The position numbers were made by a program, and so were the translations under genes. A model generated the notes under the pieces. It made no database searches. It saw nothing but the letters and a program-made list of their open reading frames with translations, and was not told where the DNA came from. Below, piece by piece: positions 29,142 through 39,721 of a stretch of DNA of 52,128 nt. Origin of the DNA: a virus (lineage: Duplodnaviria > Caudoviricetes); the IMG/VR virus record IMGVR_UViG_3300034101_005442, positions 1 through 52,128 of that record. One strand, written 5' to 3'. The stretch's first letter is position 1. Each line of letters opens with the position of its first letter.

Positions 29142-31252
29142 GATTCACCCCACCCTTGTATATTAATTGGAATAACTGATCTTAATATACCCCAATTTTG
29201 ATCTGTGCTAATTGGAGCGTCTGAGCTTCTTTCATAAGAAAGCATAGGTACTGATGTGGATGTTGGCGTAGGAGTAGCTGTTGGTGTTAACGTGACCGTA
29301 GCTGTTGGCGTTAAAGTGACCGTAGCTGTTGGTGTTAACGTGACCGTAGCTGTTGGCGTTAAAGTGACCGTAGCTGTTGGTGTTAAAGTGACCGTAGCTG
29401 TTGGTGTTAACGTGACCGTAGCTGTTGGCGTTAAAGTGACCGTAGCTGTTGGTGTTAACGTGACCGTAGCTGTTTGCATAGGAGTGGGGGTTGGGGTAGG
29501 TGTCGGAGTAGGACTACTTGTTGACTGAGAACAATTACTATTTAATGATATGTATCCTGAAATAGGATCATCTATACTATATCCTGGAATAGCTTGATCT
29601 GAAAGAATTTTCCATATTCCAAAAATACTATCCGAATAATAAGAATCTAAATAATTTATATTAATTTTCCATAAACTATTATTAGAGTCATAATATAAAT
29701 ATGCATATTTTATAGCATCTATCCATACGTATGATCCGTTGTATCTAAAAGTAAAAGTATCAGGAATTCCATCGGAATTAACAATATTACAACCATAAAA
29801 AACAGCAGGATAATCTGGTGGAGGAGGTGGCGGGGTTGAAGGAGTTGGATATGGTGTTGCTGGTGGGCCCATTTGAGGAGCAACACATTCTGCAAAATTA
29901 TCTAGATTGTATGATGTTAGTTGATATCCTCCTCCTAATTGATTCATTACTGTATTAATATCTAGTCTATGCTGATGTATTTTATTTGGTCCTAAATCTA
30001 ATCCTATTAGGATTGGCTCATTGTTTATCACAAGAAACATAGGACTACCAGAATCATATAATCTTAAACCATAATTAAATTCTTGTAATTCATTATCATA
30101 GTTTGGTATATCTCTATAGATTAAATAAAACCATACATTCCACCAAAATCCTAGATGTTTTATTCCAACACTTTTATCTTGATTTAAATAAATTATAAAT
30201 ATTTTATTTATAATATGTCCATATGGTAATCCTGGAGCTAACCATTCTAATTGCATTCTCTCAAAAGCATTATCTGGTAAAACTTTAGCAAAACTTATTG
30301 AATCTGGAACATCACTATCTAATAATGCTATAGCATAATCAGTATGACTATTACCAGAAATGGGCTCAACTTCAATAATATTAATTATGTTTCTTGTTAT
30401 TGTTTCATTATTTTTTGTAATAAATCTAATATCACTACCTATTGGAGGATAAAAATCATAATGTTTACAGAATATAACATGTCTCGGACTAATAAGAGTA
30501 CCAGCTGTATGATTACTGGTGGTTGTTAAATATCCTCCAGGTAATCTTAATGTAGGATGCATATTCCATGGAGAACAACATGTTAGATCTACATCATAAG
30601 CCCAACAATTAGGATTTCTAACAAAATTTTTGGTTCTTTCTGAATCATCATCAAGTCCACTATTAATATTATTTTGATAAAAATCTAAAAATAAATCAAG
30701 ACCATATAATCCATTCTCTTGAATACCATCAAAATATCTAGATTTGCTATCCTTATTTATTGCCAGTTTTCTGATCTGATCAGAAACATATGTATTTAAT
30801 AGTGGCTTGCAATTAAAGAAATTGTAATTATCCTTATCTTCTATTACTGTTATATAATGGTTGTTTGGATAACTAGTTCCTGATTTTAGATTGGAGCTAA
30901 AATGAGTATTTCCATTAATAGCAAAAGTAGTAGATATATTTTGATCACATAGATCGTATCTAGAATTTTGAGGATATCCTGGCTCAAATAAATTTTGTAA
31001 TATATTATACTTAAATTCTCTTATGGACGTAGCAGTAAGGTCCGTACTAATAGATCTTCTACTATTATCAATAGTAAAAGTACTATTATAGATATTTTTA
31101 GCATTATCGTTAAATAATGTTTTATTATATCTTATATTTACTTTATTTAATGGTATAATACCTGTGCTACTAATATTATCAAATCTATTGTAATATGCGT
31201 TATAATTTTGATGATTATTTTGTATTTGATTATTAATATTAAAAATAGACAT
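29138..31252 (-). CDS. Modular protein: shared N-terminal domain A, trypsin-like (S1) protease, domain D, Thr/Pro repeat
   Basis: [15 protein letters not shown] (His), TDYAIALLD (Asp), YDSGSPMF (Ser); N-terminus paralogous to 31884, 35127 and 37659. Confidence 0.8.
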   Translation of the reverse strand: MSIFNINNQIQNNHQNYNAYYNRFDNISSTGIIPLNKVNIRYNKTLFNDNAKNIYNSTFTIDNSRRSISTDLTATSIREFKYNILQNLFEPGYPQNSRYDLCDQNISTTFAINGNTHFSSNLKSGTSYPNNHYITVIEDKDNYNFFNCKPLLNTYVSDQIRKLAINKDSKSRYFDGIQENGLYGLDLFLDFYQNNINSGLDDDSERTKNFVRNPNCWAYDVDLTCCSPWNMHPTLRLPGGYLTTTSNHTAGTLISPRHVIFCKHYDFYPPIGSDIRFITKNNETITRNIINIIEVEPISGNSHTDYAIALLDSDVPDSISFAKVLPDNAFERMQLEWLAPGLPYGHIINKIFIIYLNQDKSVGIKHLGFWWNVWFYLIYRDIPNYDNELQEFNYGLRLYDSGSPMFLVINNEPILIGLDLGPNKIHQHRLDINTVMNQLGGGYQLTSYNLDNFAECVAPQMGPPATPYPTPSTPPPPPPDYPAVFYGCNIVNSDGIPDTFTFRYNGSYVWIDAIKYAYLYYDSNNSLWKININYLDSYYSDSIFGIWKILSDQAIPGYSIDDPISGYISLNSNCSQSTSSPTPTPTPTPTPMQTATVTLTPTATVTLTPTATVTLTPTATVTLTPTATVTLTPTATVTLTPTATVTLTPTATVTLTPTATPTPTSTSVPMLSYERSSDAPISTDQNWGILRSVIPINIQGWGES
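29274..29474. repeat. 24-bp tandem repeat, 8 copies plus a partial, encoding TATVTLTP
   Basis: Unit GTAGCTGTTGG(T/C)GTTAA(C/A)GTGACC; only synonymous variants. Confidence 0.95.
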
Positions 31253-31267
31253 GATTATTTCCTGAAA

Positions 31268-31909
31268 TTAATTAAGGTATCTTTCAAAATTAAAATTATT
31301 ATATGAAATACTATACCCAACAGGAATTTTAACATTATGTTCAAAGTTTTTATTTATAATAATACTGTTTGAGTTAGGCCATAAAGAAACAAAAAACTGA
31401 CAGTATGGATCAATATAAATGTAATAGTCAATTTTATAGTCTGATATATGAGACGGTAATACGTTATTATCGTGCCATTCAGTATAGGCATCAATATTAT
31501 TTATATATATAACAACATCTATATCTTTATGGTTGGTTACTCCATCAACAATGACTGATCCTGTGAGTCCTATATCTTTGAACCAAGAATAATCTTTTAG
31601 TAAAGGAACTAGTGTAGTATTGATAGTATCCCAAATTTTAGGAATGATAATTGTTGTTTGTTTTTTATATTTATCTATAACTTCTTTAATAAAATTTATA
31701 TCATATCTTCTATTAAAGCATTTTTTTAAAAAATTATCGTCTTCCTGTGCATGCTCATGTATATTTTTAGGACAACTATTATTACAAAATAAATGAGAAG
31801 CCTTAACAATATGCCCAAGTCTTAGTGATTGATATTTACATATTGCTGGACTGTTATTTCCACATCTAAACTGACAATCAAAATTAAACTTGGAGGATTG
31901 TTGCGTCAT
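31268..31909 (-). CDS. Nucleotidyltransferase-fold protein with N-terminal Cys/His cluster
   Basis: GLTGSV....HKDIDVVI (GS..DxD) and KIDYYI (third Asp), the Pol-beta superfamily signature; start uncertain (31909 or 31924). Confidence 0.55.
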   Translation of the reverse strand: MTQQSSKFNFDCQFRCGNNSPAICKYQSLRLGHIVKASHLFCNNSCPKNIHEHAQEDDNFLKKCFNRRYDINFIKEVIDKYKKQTTIIIPKIWDTINTTLVPLLKDYSWFKDIGLTGSVIVDGVTNHKDIDVVIYINNIDAYTEWHDNNVLPSHISDYKIDYYIYIDPYCQFFVSLWPNSNSIIINKNFEHNVKIPVGYSISYNNFNFERYLN

Positions 31910-33404
31910 ATATCTTTCCTCCAAATGAGTTGTTTACTCCGGAGTATGTCCATTCAATCTCATATTGAGTACCATTACAATTAATGGTTGTAGTATTTGT
32001 TGATTCTAACATTTCAGCTGTTATATTGCAAGCTTGTACTAAGTCAAACCAAATTTGAGTTTCTATTACTGGTCCTGGACCGTGAAAAGTGAATGAACCA
32101 TCAGCTATATAGTCACAAAAACAACATACACTATTATTTGGTACACTAGGAGTTGGTGTTGGGGTAGTTGTTAAAGTTGGTGTGGGAGTAGCTGTTGATG
32201 TGATAGTTGGTGTTGGAGTGGCCGTTGATGTGATAGTTGGTGTAGGTGTGGGTGTGGCCGTTGTTGTTATTGTTGGAGTTATAGTAGGAGTTGGTGTTGG
32301 TGACGATGTGACCGGTGGAGTATCACAAGGACCAGGATCAGATCCTGGACAATCAACATATCCTATAACTTTGCTTTTTACTGGACCAGGAGCAAGACAT
32401 GTTGAGAATATTACTACTGGTTCATTTGTTTCTAATGTTTCAGCAACCAAAACAATAAAGGTTACGCCATTATGACAATATCTGCTTTGACATACTAATT
32501 CTACTCTTGCTCCATCTAAGGTGGATGGATCGTCTACAACAAAATCAAAAGTATCAGATCTTTCTCCTAATAAAGGAACAAATCCAGGAACAGGAATTCT
32601 TGTGTGTCCAGTAGGATCGTTAACTTGTCCATTATTTAAAGAAATGTTTCTATTAGCTTGTAATATTGAAGAATCCGGAAATACTAGTATTGGTCTAAAT
32701 AAGGTAGCATCACAAACATGTCCTCCTCCACAAGTGGCTGTGAATACTCCAATATCTGGAATTTCTATTTGTTTAGGAGTTTCTAAATACCATGCGTATC
32801 CTTTAATTAGTGGCTTTAGCGTAGCATATAATATGGTTGGCGAGCATGATGGTTCCGATGGCTGAGGAATACATAATGGAGGACTAACACAAGCACAAGA
32901 TGCTGGATCAAAAGTTTGTCCTGATGGACAAATAACAGATTGGCATGATGGAGGAGTAAATCCACACAAGAATGGATTATTAATATTATCTTCTACGATA
33001 CTTATGGATTGATATCTAGGATATGATGTGTCTACCGTTTGATCAACACTGTAGTGTTTGGATCCCATATTAAATACGGTAGATAGTTTTTGATCACAAA
33101 AAGTATAGGTATAATTCTTGGGATAGCCAGCATTAAATTTATCTTGTAATATATTGTATTTAAAATCTCTAACAGATTGAGGCGTCCAATCTATAGTGAT
33201 AGAATTAGAATTATTGTTTGGTTTTTCATTATTAATATAGGTTGATAAATTATTATCTTGATCGATTAATGTATTATTGTATCTAATATTAGAATTATTA
33301 AGAGGAATAATTCCTGTATCTTGTACTGTTTCAAAACGATTATAATAGGCTAAATCATTTTGTTTATTTGATAATAATCCGCTATTGATGATATATTTTG
33401 ACAT
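31884..33404 (-). CDS. Modular protein: domain A, Cys-rich domain, Pro/Thr linker
   Basis: Domain A (IRYNNTL.D..SIT..WTPQS.R.F.YNIL..F..GYP..CDQK.STVF), CGGGHVC..CHNG, PT repeats. Confidence 0.75.
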   Translation of the reverse strand: MSKYIINSGLLSNKQNDLAYYNRFETVQDTGIIPLNNSNIRYNNTLIDQDNNLSTYINNEKPNNNSNSITIDWTPQSVRDFKYNILQDKFNAGYPKNYTYTFCDQKLSTVFNMGSKHYSVDQTVDTSYPRYQSISIVEDNINNPFLCGFTPPSCQSVICPSGQTFDPASCACVSPPLCIPQPSEPSCSPTILYATLKPLIKGYAWYLETPKQIEIPDIGVFTATCGGGHVCDATLFRPILVFPDSSILQANRNISLNNGQVNDPTGHTRIPVPGFVPLLGERSDTFDFVVDDPSTLDGARVELVCQSRYCHNGVTFIVLVAETLETNEPVVIFSTCLAPGPVKSKVIGYVDCPGSDPGPCDTPPVTSSPTPTPTITPTITTTATPTPTPTITSTATPTPTITSTATPTPTLTTTPTPTPSVPNNSVCCFCDYIADGSFTFHGPGPVIETQIWFDLVQACNITAEMLESTNTTTINCNGTQYEIEWTYSGVNNSFGGKIYDATILQV

Positions 33405-33442
33405 AATTTTGTACCATTATTAATATGATTATAATATATAAT

Positions 33443-33450
33443 TATACACC
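33443..33450 (-). promoter_or_regulatory. Candidate late promoter motif GGTGTATA
   Basis: 41 nt upstream of 33404; intergenic. Confidence 0.6.
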
Positions 33451-33468
33451 ATATCAGCATACTATGTT

Positions 33469-35109
33469 TTATGGCACAATTGTAAAATCAATAATATTTC
33501 CTAATGTATAACAACATTCTATTGGGGGTGAACTACTGGACGGAGTAGGAGTGCAAGTAGGAGTATAAGTAGGAGTAGGAGTAGGAGAAGCACCAATACT
33601 TTTAGATGGAGTTGGGGTTAGGGCTGTAGTGCTAGTTGGAGTTGCGGTCGGAGTACGAGTTGGAGTACGAGTTGGAGTAGCAGATGCATTTGGATTGGGA
33701 GTTGGTAAATTTGGTATTAAATTATCACACATACTGCCGCCAGCACTAAATAAATATGAATCATAATAATTGTATCCATCAAGTATTACAATAAAGTTAT
33801 CTGATGCTTCAAATATATAAGGAACAGCTGAAGTTCCATTAAGTCTATTTTTGGATCCTAATAATTCTACCCAGCCGCTAACATAATCTGTTCCGGGAAT
33901 AGTAATAAAATTAGTTAATTGAGTACTATTTAATAGTGTGCCATTAACTTTAATGCTAGATAACGCATTCTGTTTAATGCCAATGAGAGCATAATACTTT
34001 GGATTATCTGTTTCTACAAGCTGACCAATCTCATTATATTGGGCACTCGTATAAGGCAATGGAGGAAGCGCTATAACATATCTTTTTGATAAATTATTAA
34101 ATGGAAAAACAGCATTCATCGACGGATCACCAATTCTATTGGTACCTATGCCTCTTTTACATTGATATACAAATATTGGATATGTTGCTGTAATCATAGT
34201 TGGACTGGTTACGGATAATTTTTCATAAGTTTGATATTTTCCTAAAGTTATTGATGTACCATTTATAGAAATAGTATTATTATTGTCTACAGATAAAATC
34301 TTAAAAGCATCTCCGGTACGAACAACTAGGTCATATCCTAATATATCAGATACTTTCTCAAGATTATATCCTATAATATTATTATAGTTTTGAGTTAATG
34401 GTAAAATAAAAGTTTTATCAAAATATTCATATCCATATATTTGACAAATTTGAGAATTACACGCACCTACCCAATTATAACAGAAACTATCTGTAAAAAC
34501 AGCTATCTTTTCTGTGCTCTCTATTTTAAATACTGGTCCCGGCAATAACTTTCCATTATTATCCCTTTCTCCTGAATTTCTATGTTTTAGCGTTTGTAAA
34601 TTTTGTAATGTGTATGTTTTTTTTACATTATTATTTAAATTAGTAATTGTAATAATATTATTGTTCGAAGTACTAACTATATTAATGTTCGAAGCTGCAT
34701 AATAGCCTTGTGAAAAGAATGGACATATATAATGTAATCTAGATAATTGCTCTATTGGTAATAGTCCTGTTCCATTACAAGCATGGACACGACGGAATAA
34801 ATAGTGGCATGTGATAGTTTTATCTGCTACTATTTTTATTCCTTTATTATCTGGTATCAATAATTCAGAATTAGAGATACTAAGTTGTTTCTGGCTAGGA
34901 AAGTTATAAGATGCTAAATTATTAGAATCTATAGTTACTGTATATGTTTCTCCAAGATATTGAATGGATACCACTGTTCCTGGTTCTCCAAGAAAGTATA
35001 AATAATCTGGATTAACTCCTCCAACAGTGTCTGGAATAACAAAATAAAACTCTTTACTTAAACAAGTGTCTGGCTGTGATTGAGTTTGTATATTATTTGA
35101 AACTTCCAT
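33469..35109 (-). CDS. IgGFc-binding-domain-like protein with Pro/Thr linker
   Basis: KGIKIVADK.I, GTGLLPIEQL..Y, I.AT.PI.VYQ..GDPSM..V.P, DGY..YDSY.F.AG match the IgGFc_binding pattern as I recall it. Confidence 0.7.
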   Translation of the reverse strand: MEVSNNIQTQSQPDTCLSKEFYFVIPDTVGGVNPDYLYFLGEPGTVVSIQYLGETYTVTIDSNNLASYNFPSQKQLSISNSELLIPDNKGIKIVADKTITCHYLFRRVHACNGTGLLPIEQLSRLHYICPFFSQGYYAASNINIVSTSNNNIITITNLNNNVKKTYTLQNLQTLKHRNSGERDNNGKLLPGPVFKIESTEKIAVFTDSFCYNWVGACNSQICQIYGYEYFDKTFILPLTQNYNNIIGYNLEKVSDILGYDLVVRTGDAFKILSVDNNNTISINGTSITLGKYQTYEKLSVTSPTMITATYPIFVYQCKRGIGTNRIGDPSMNAVFPFNNLSKRYVIALPPLPYTSAQYNEIGQLVETDNPKYYALIGIKQNALSSIKVNGTLLNSTQLTNFITIPGTDYVSGWVELLGSKNRLNGTSAVPYIFEASDNFIVILDGYNYYDSYLFSAGGSMCDNLIPNLPTPNPNASATPTRTPTRTPTATPTSTTALTPTPSKSIGASPTPTPTYTPTCTPTPSSSSPPIECCYTLGNIIDFTIVP

Positions 35110-35126
35110 AAATTAACTTTCTTATT

Positions 35127-35861
35127 TTAAGATACATATTCGCATGAGTATAATCTAACAATAGCTTTGGATACCTCATCACTAAAAAATGGTATTTCTA
35201 TATCACTTTGTAGACTGTTAATAGACTGAACATTAATCCAATCAGATAGTGGTGTAGACATATCGTCAAAAAATTTAATTTGTAAGACTAAGCATACTGT
35301 TGGAATACTAGAAACTATAACACGAACTTTACTTATAGAGTTTTCAACAAAATAAGTAAAATTAAAAGTTAAATCACATTCATCTGGTGGACCAACACGC
35401 GGCTTAGGAGGTTTGATGTTACAATCTAATTTATGATCAGATTCATTAACTCTGGCAAATTGATGATTTATAGGATAGGATAATGAACTATCAGAAAATC
35501 TTGTCCAATGAGTATTACCAGCTTGAAATACTATAGAAATTTTTTGATCACATAAATTATATGAATTAACAATTGGATAATTTTCATCAAAATTATTTGT
35601 AAGTATATTATATGTAAATTCTCTAATTGATTGTGGAGTCCAAGTTAAAGTAATTGATCTAGCATCATTATTTGATGTGAGATTACCAACTTTATGAACA
35701 ACACTATTAAAATTTTGATCAAATAAGGTATTATGATATCTAATATTTGGATTATTTTCTGAAATAATCCCAGTATTTGAAACATTATCAGACTTATTAA
35801 AATAGGCTAATGAATTTTGACTATTTATGGAAAGACCACTATTTATAATATAATTTGACAT
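35127..35861 (-). CDS. Modular protein: domain A fused to domain E
   Basis: N-terminus paralogous to 31884; C-terminus CLVLQIKFFD..SDWI..SK..RLYSC paralogous to the N-terminus of 36077..37633. Confidence 0.75.
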   Translation of the reverse strand: MSNYIINSGLSINSQNSLAYFNKSDNVSNTGIISENNPNIRYHNTLFDQNFNSVVHKVGNLTSNNDARSITLTWTPQSIREFTYNILTNNFDENYPIVNSYNLCDQKISIVFQAGNTHWTRFSDSSLSYPINHQFARVNESDHKLDCNIKPPKPRVGPPDECDLTFNFTYFVENSISKVRVIVSSIPTVCLVLQIKFFDDMSTPLSDWINVQSINSLQSDIEIPFFSDEVSKAIVRLYSCEYVS

Positions 35862-35898
35862 GCTTTTACTCTTATTAACTAAGATAAATATAGTAATC

Positions 35899-35906
35899 TA
35901 TACACC
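35899..35906 (-). promoter_or_regulatory. Candidate late promoter motif GGTGTATA
   Basis: 40 nt upstream of 35861; intergenic. Confidence 0.6.
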
Positions 35907-35983
35907 GTATTAGTACTACTTTCTAGTGTAAAGTAACACGATACTAGGGGAGGAGTAGAACAATATCCCATAATTTTTTACTA

Positions 35984-36064
35984 TCATGGAATAATAATTA
36001 TTGTTTGAGTTAATGAATAACAACAATCGTCTTCATTGCTTTGAATTTTTATATTATTTTGCAT
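35984..36064 (-). pseudogene. 26-aa ORF, possible remnant of a paralogue of 33469..35109
   Basis: MQNNIKIQSNEDDCCYSLTQTIIIIP resembles both the start (SNNIQTQS) and the end (ECCYTLGNIIDFTIVP) of the 546-aa protein; ends in TGA TAG TAA. Confidence 0.4.
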
Positions 36065-36076
36065 ATTTAAAATCTA

Positions 36077-37633
36077 TTAACATGGGAATAATACGACATA
36101 AACAGTGTCTCTTCTCGGAGTAAAAGTAGATATTCCAAAACTTCCTAAGGTTGGTCCAGGATACCAATACAAATCAGTATATTTCCAGTAACCTTCGTAC
36201 TGAATTTCGTATCTTAAATTGTATGATAACTTATTAAATATAAATGATTGTGCTACCCATTGTCTTACATCTGAAGATGTGCTATCGTTAAAGTTTCTAA
36301 TTTTGATTAATGCATTGTATGCTAGATTACTTGTTAGATAACTAATACCATCTATAGTTGGAGTGGCGTAAAGATCATATGAGTTCCTCATATATAATTC
36401 AAACCTATTATATTGTAATGTTTTAGGATTCGAAGGCATGCCAAAGACTGGAAAGTGAAAAGGCGTGTTATAATAATTCACATTCTTAGAATCACATAAG
36501 GTATCTATATCAATAGGCACAGATTTTTTATAGCTTGTATAATTCCTGGTTGGCAATTGTGATATGTGAACAAATGGAGTAAACAAATAATTACAATAAA
36601 TGGGTGGAGGAGCTGATGGGGTGAGAGTTGGAGTTACTGTTGGAGTTGGAGTTCGAGTTGGAGTTCGAGTTGGGGTCGGAGTTCGAGTCGGAGTTCGAGT
36701 TGGGGTTTGAGTTCGAGTTGGAGTTCGAGTTGGGGTTACTGTTGATGTGATAGTTGGTGTTGGAGTAACTGTTGGAGTTATAGTTAGAGTTGGGGTTATA
36801 CTTGGAGTAATACTAATTGTGGGAGTAACAGAAGCTGTTGGCGTTGGAGAAGCTCCTGGAGATTTTGTTACTGTTGGTGTTGGCGTAGCGGTTGGAGTTG
36901 CTGTTGATGTTGGCGTAGCGGTTGGAGTTGCTGTTGATGTTGGCGTAGCGGTTGGAGTTGCTGTTGATGTTGGAGTAGCGGTTGGAGTTGCTGTTGATGT
37001 TGGAGTAGCGGCTGGGGTTGATGTTGATGTTGCAGTTAATGTTGGGGTAACTGTTGAAGTAACCGTAATAGTTGGCGTGGGCGTTGGAGTATGAGTGATA
37101 GTTTGCGTTGGAGTTGGTGTTGGAGAAGGAACAATACATCTGATACTACACAAATGCACAGACAGATCGCAAGTATTTAAATCATGGTCCACAGTTAATT
37201 TAATCTTTCTGGGAATCATTATGGGATTGAATGGAGTATCTAATTCATCAATATCGGCGGGTCTTACGTGGGCATTTGTGATGCTAAATGGTGTTGATCC
37301 GCAAGCATTTACAATAGCATCTGAATCATATTCTGTAATAATGTCACACGGAACATCGTCTAATGGCGGATCAGGATCTGGTACGGCACAACATGAATAA
37401 AGTCTAAATTCTATTTTTGATGTTTCATTGTCAAAAGATAATTCTGTTTCTGTTTCTAAATTAAATATATATTCAGTATCTATCCAATCAGTTATAACAT
37501 TATTTGATAAATCATAAAATTTAGTTTGCAAAACTAAGCACTTAAGTAAATCAGAGATAGTTAATTTTAAGAAGAGCGTATTGTTTTCAATACGATGATC
37601 TAGGATATATGATATTGTACATTGTGTAGCCAT
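36077..37633 (-). CDS. Modular protein: domain E, very long Pro/Thr linker, C-terminal domain
   Basis: 518 aa with about 175 aa of PT repeats. Confidence 0.8.
   Translation of the reverse strand: MATQCTISYILDHRIENNTLFLKLTISDLLKCLVLQTKFYDLSNNVITDWIDTEYIFNLETETELSFDNETSKIEFRLYSCCAVPDPDPPLDDVPCDIITEYDSDAIVNACGSTPFSITNAHVRPADIDELDTPFNPIMIPRKIKLTVDHDLNTCDLSVHLCSIRCIVPSPTPTPTQTITHTPTPTPTITVTSTVTPTLTATSTSTPAATPTSTATPTATPTSTATPTATPTSTATPTATPTSTATPTATPTPTVTKSPGASPTPTASVTPTISITPSITPTLTITPTVTPTPTITSTVTPTRTPTRTQTPTRTPTRTPTPTRTPTRTPTPTVTPTLTPSAPPPIYCNYLFTPFVHISQLPTRNYTSYKKSVPIDIDTLCDSKNVNYYNTPFHFPVFGMPSNPKTLQYNRFELYMRNSYDLYATPTIDGISYLTSNLAYNALIKIRNFNDSTSSDVRQWVAQSFIFNKLSYNLRYEIQYEGYWKYTDLYWYPGPTLGSFGISTFTPRRDTVYVVLFPC
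36647..36735. repeat. 12-bp tandem repeat encoding TRTP
   Basis: GGAGTTCGAGTT-type units inside the 36077..37633 gene. Confidence 0.8.
36878..37027. repeat. 30-bp tandem repeat, about 5 copies, encoding STATPTATPT
   Basis: TGTTGG(C/A)GTAGCGGTTGGAGTTGCTGTTGA units. Confidence 0.9.
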
Positions 37634-37658
37634 TTTATTTCTTAATCTTCTTTATATT

Positions 37659-38426
37659 TTATGAAACATATGAAAAATTATTGCAACAATTTACTATCCT
37701 AATAAATTCCGTATTTGACATTTCTCCATTAATAATTACATTTTCCCAAAACGTCCAATCATTATAAGAGTGTCTCCATCGTATGGGAACACGATATCTT
37801 ATATGAATATATGAATTATTTTTAATTCCTAAAGTAGGATATAAGAATATCTCAAAATAGTCATCGTTTACATGGTAAGAAAATGTTCCAAGAACAACTT
37901 GAGAATTTGTGCTACTTAATAATTGTGCTCCTTGTGAAGCTGACCAATTTAAAACATATTCTCCAGTATAGTCTATAGGAATACATTCTACACAATCATT
38001 ATTGTTTGATGCTTCTACCACAGATAGTGGATTTTGCATAGGAAAGGATGTTGTGTTATTAATAGTACTATTAGTCCAAGATGTATTTCCATTAATAAAA
38101 ACTGTTGATACCTTCTGATTACATAATGGATATACTATAGTATTAGGATATCCAGAATTAAATTTACCTGTGTTTATATTAAATTTAAATTCTCTAATAG
38201 CTCTTGGTGAATGATCGATAGTAATGTTATTAATATTATTATTTAATTTATTCTGTTGCTCATCTATAATAAAAGTGCCAGAATCTTTAATAATATTATG
38301 GCCATACTTAATATTATTTTGATTTATATGAGCTTCATCTTTTTTTACTGATTGGAATTTATTAAAACTAGGAGAGCTTTGTATATTTTGTGGCTTATCT
38401 ATAATACTATTATGATAAATATACAT
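37659..38426 (-). CDS. Domain A protein with a short C-terminal domain
   Basis: NIKYG..ITID..P.AIREFKFNI..F.SGYP..Y.LCNQKVSTVF.NGNT matches domain A. Confidence 0.75.
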   Translation of the reverse strand: MYIYHNSIIDKPQNIQSSPSFNKFQSVKKDEAHINQNNIKYGHNIIKDSGTFIIDEQQNKLNNNINNITIDHSPRAIREFKFNINTGKFNSGYPNTIVYPLCNQKVSTVFINGNTSWTNSTINNTTSFPMQNPLSVVEASNNNDCVECIPIDYTGEYVLNWSASQGAQLLSSTNSQVVLGTFSYHVNDDYFEIFLYPTLGIKNNSYIHIRYRVPIRWRHSYNDWTFWENVIINGEMSNTEFIRIVNCCNNFSYVS

Positions 38427-38441
38427 AGATACTCCGAAAAT

Positions 38442-39695
38442 TTATTCTGGATTGTTTGTTGTTGATGTTGTATTAGCTATACTAATTGTACCAGCTTCTC
38501 TTGATCCTGGAGACATTTCTTCATAACCAATATCTTTTAAACAACCTATAGATAGATTAGTAATAATTTTACCAACACCAAAATTTTTAGTCATAATTTC
38601 ATTTATTATTCCGTTATACGATTCTCTAGCATAGACTGCATATCCTAGTTCTGGACTTCCTGTTCCTCTAATCTCTTCTGGAGTATAATTATTTTCCAAA
38701 AAATTATATAAATTTTTACCAGAACCTGTTTTTTCTACTGGTACATATTTTCTTAGTGCTGTATATAGATTACTAGCTTTATTATTTGCTATATTATTAT
38801 AGCCTTTGACTGCTTCTGGAAATTTGGTATTTGTTAATACTGGTAGGGCTGGTATATTAAAGCCACCAATATTATTACTTATGAGAACATGTGTTTTACT
38901 TAATAAACCTATACCTAAAACATATCCAAGTTCGTGTGTGAAAATATTAGTCCAATCATTTTGTGTTAAAAAAGAAACACTATGGTACTGAATATTTGTT
39001 TGTAAATTAAATTCAGTCATAAAAAACTTATTAATTGGCGTTGTTGAGTATGACACGCCCTTATGAGTACTACTATTAACTATATTATTATATGGTACTG
39101 TGGATGTTTTTGGATTAGGAGCAGATTGATCAAATGTTGAATAATTCATTAGTCTGCATCCAAGATATCCAGGATTATCACTAATAAATTTTGCTGGATA
39201 TTTCAACAAAGAGTTCCATCTATTAGCAGCAGCGATTAAAGCATTTCTTCTTGTTGTATCAGTAATAAGACTAAAAGTTGAAGTATTAAATAGTGGAATT
39301 CTATCTATTACTGTTAGTGTTGCTGAATTACTATAAAGCAGTGTTTCAAATAAATTAACGTTAAGTCCATAATTTCTAGTTTGATATCTAATTACGCAAC
39401 GATATTCTCTATTATTTTTATTTAATGCTGCATTAATAGTGAAAGTATCTGAATAAACACTAAATCTATTTGCTCCACCCCATGTGCTCGATATTGCTGT
39501 ATTTTTGGTAATAATTCTATTTGCAGATTGCCAGGATCCTCCTGGAATTTTTACTTCCCAATTATATGTTATTCTATTGTCATATACTGATGGTCCTATA
39601 TTCGGATCTCCATCCTGACTTACTATAACAGTGAAAGAAACTGAAGTTCCGTCTCTTTTGGTTATGGATGTTGGATGTGTTAATATTGTTGCCAT
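38442..39695 (-). CDS. Ig-like domain plus degenerate leishmanolysin-like metalloprotease (probable pseudo-enzyme)
   Basis: Ig pattern P.S.T..G.SV.F.V..Y.W..YRC..SATL.V; HELGYVLGIG in place of HExxH; EIMT Met-turn. Confidence 0.7.
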   Translation of the reverse strand: MATILTHPTSITKRDGTSVSFTVIVSQDGDPNIGPSVYDNRITYNWEVKIPGGSWQSANRIITKNTAISSTWGGANRFSVYSDTFTINAALNKNNREYRCVIRYQTRNYGLNVNLFETLLYSNSATLTVIDRIPLFNTSTFSLITDTTRRNALIAAANRWNSLLKYPAKFISDNPGYLGCRLMNYSTFDQSAPNPKTSTVPYNNIVNSSTHKGVSYSTTPINKFFMTEFNLQTNIQYHSVSFLTQNDWTNIFTHELGYVLGIGLLSKTHVLISNNIGGFNIPALPVLTNTKFPEAVKGYNNIANNKASNLYTALRKYVPVEKTGSGKNLYNFLENNYTPEEIRGTGSPELGYAVYARESYNGIINEIMTKNFGVGKIITNLSIGCLKDIGYEEMSPGSREAGTISIANTTSTTNNPE

Positions 39696-39721
39696 AGTTT
39701 AATTACCCCTAGTTTTTGTAA

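Noticed and set aside
29256-37094. Plus-strand Val/Gly-repeat ORFs (29256..29528, 32182..32475, 36747..37094) and the alternate-frame ORF 36813..37139
   Set aside because: They are shadows of the Pro/Thr tandem repeats in real minus-strand genes.
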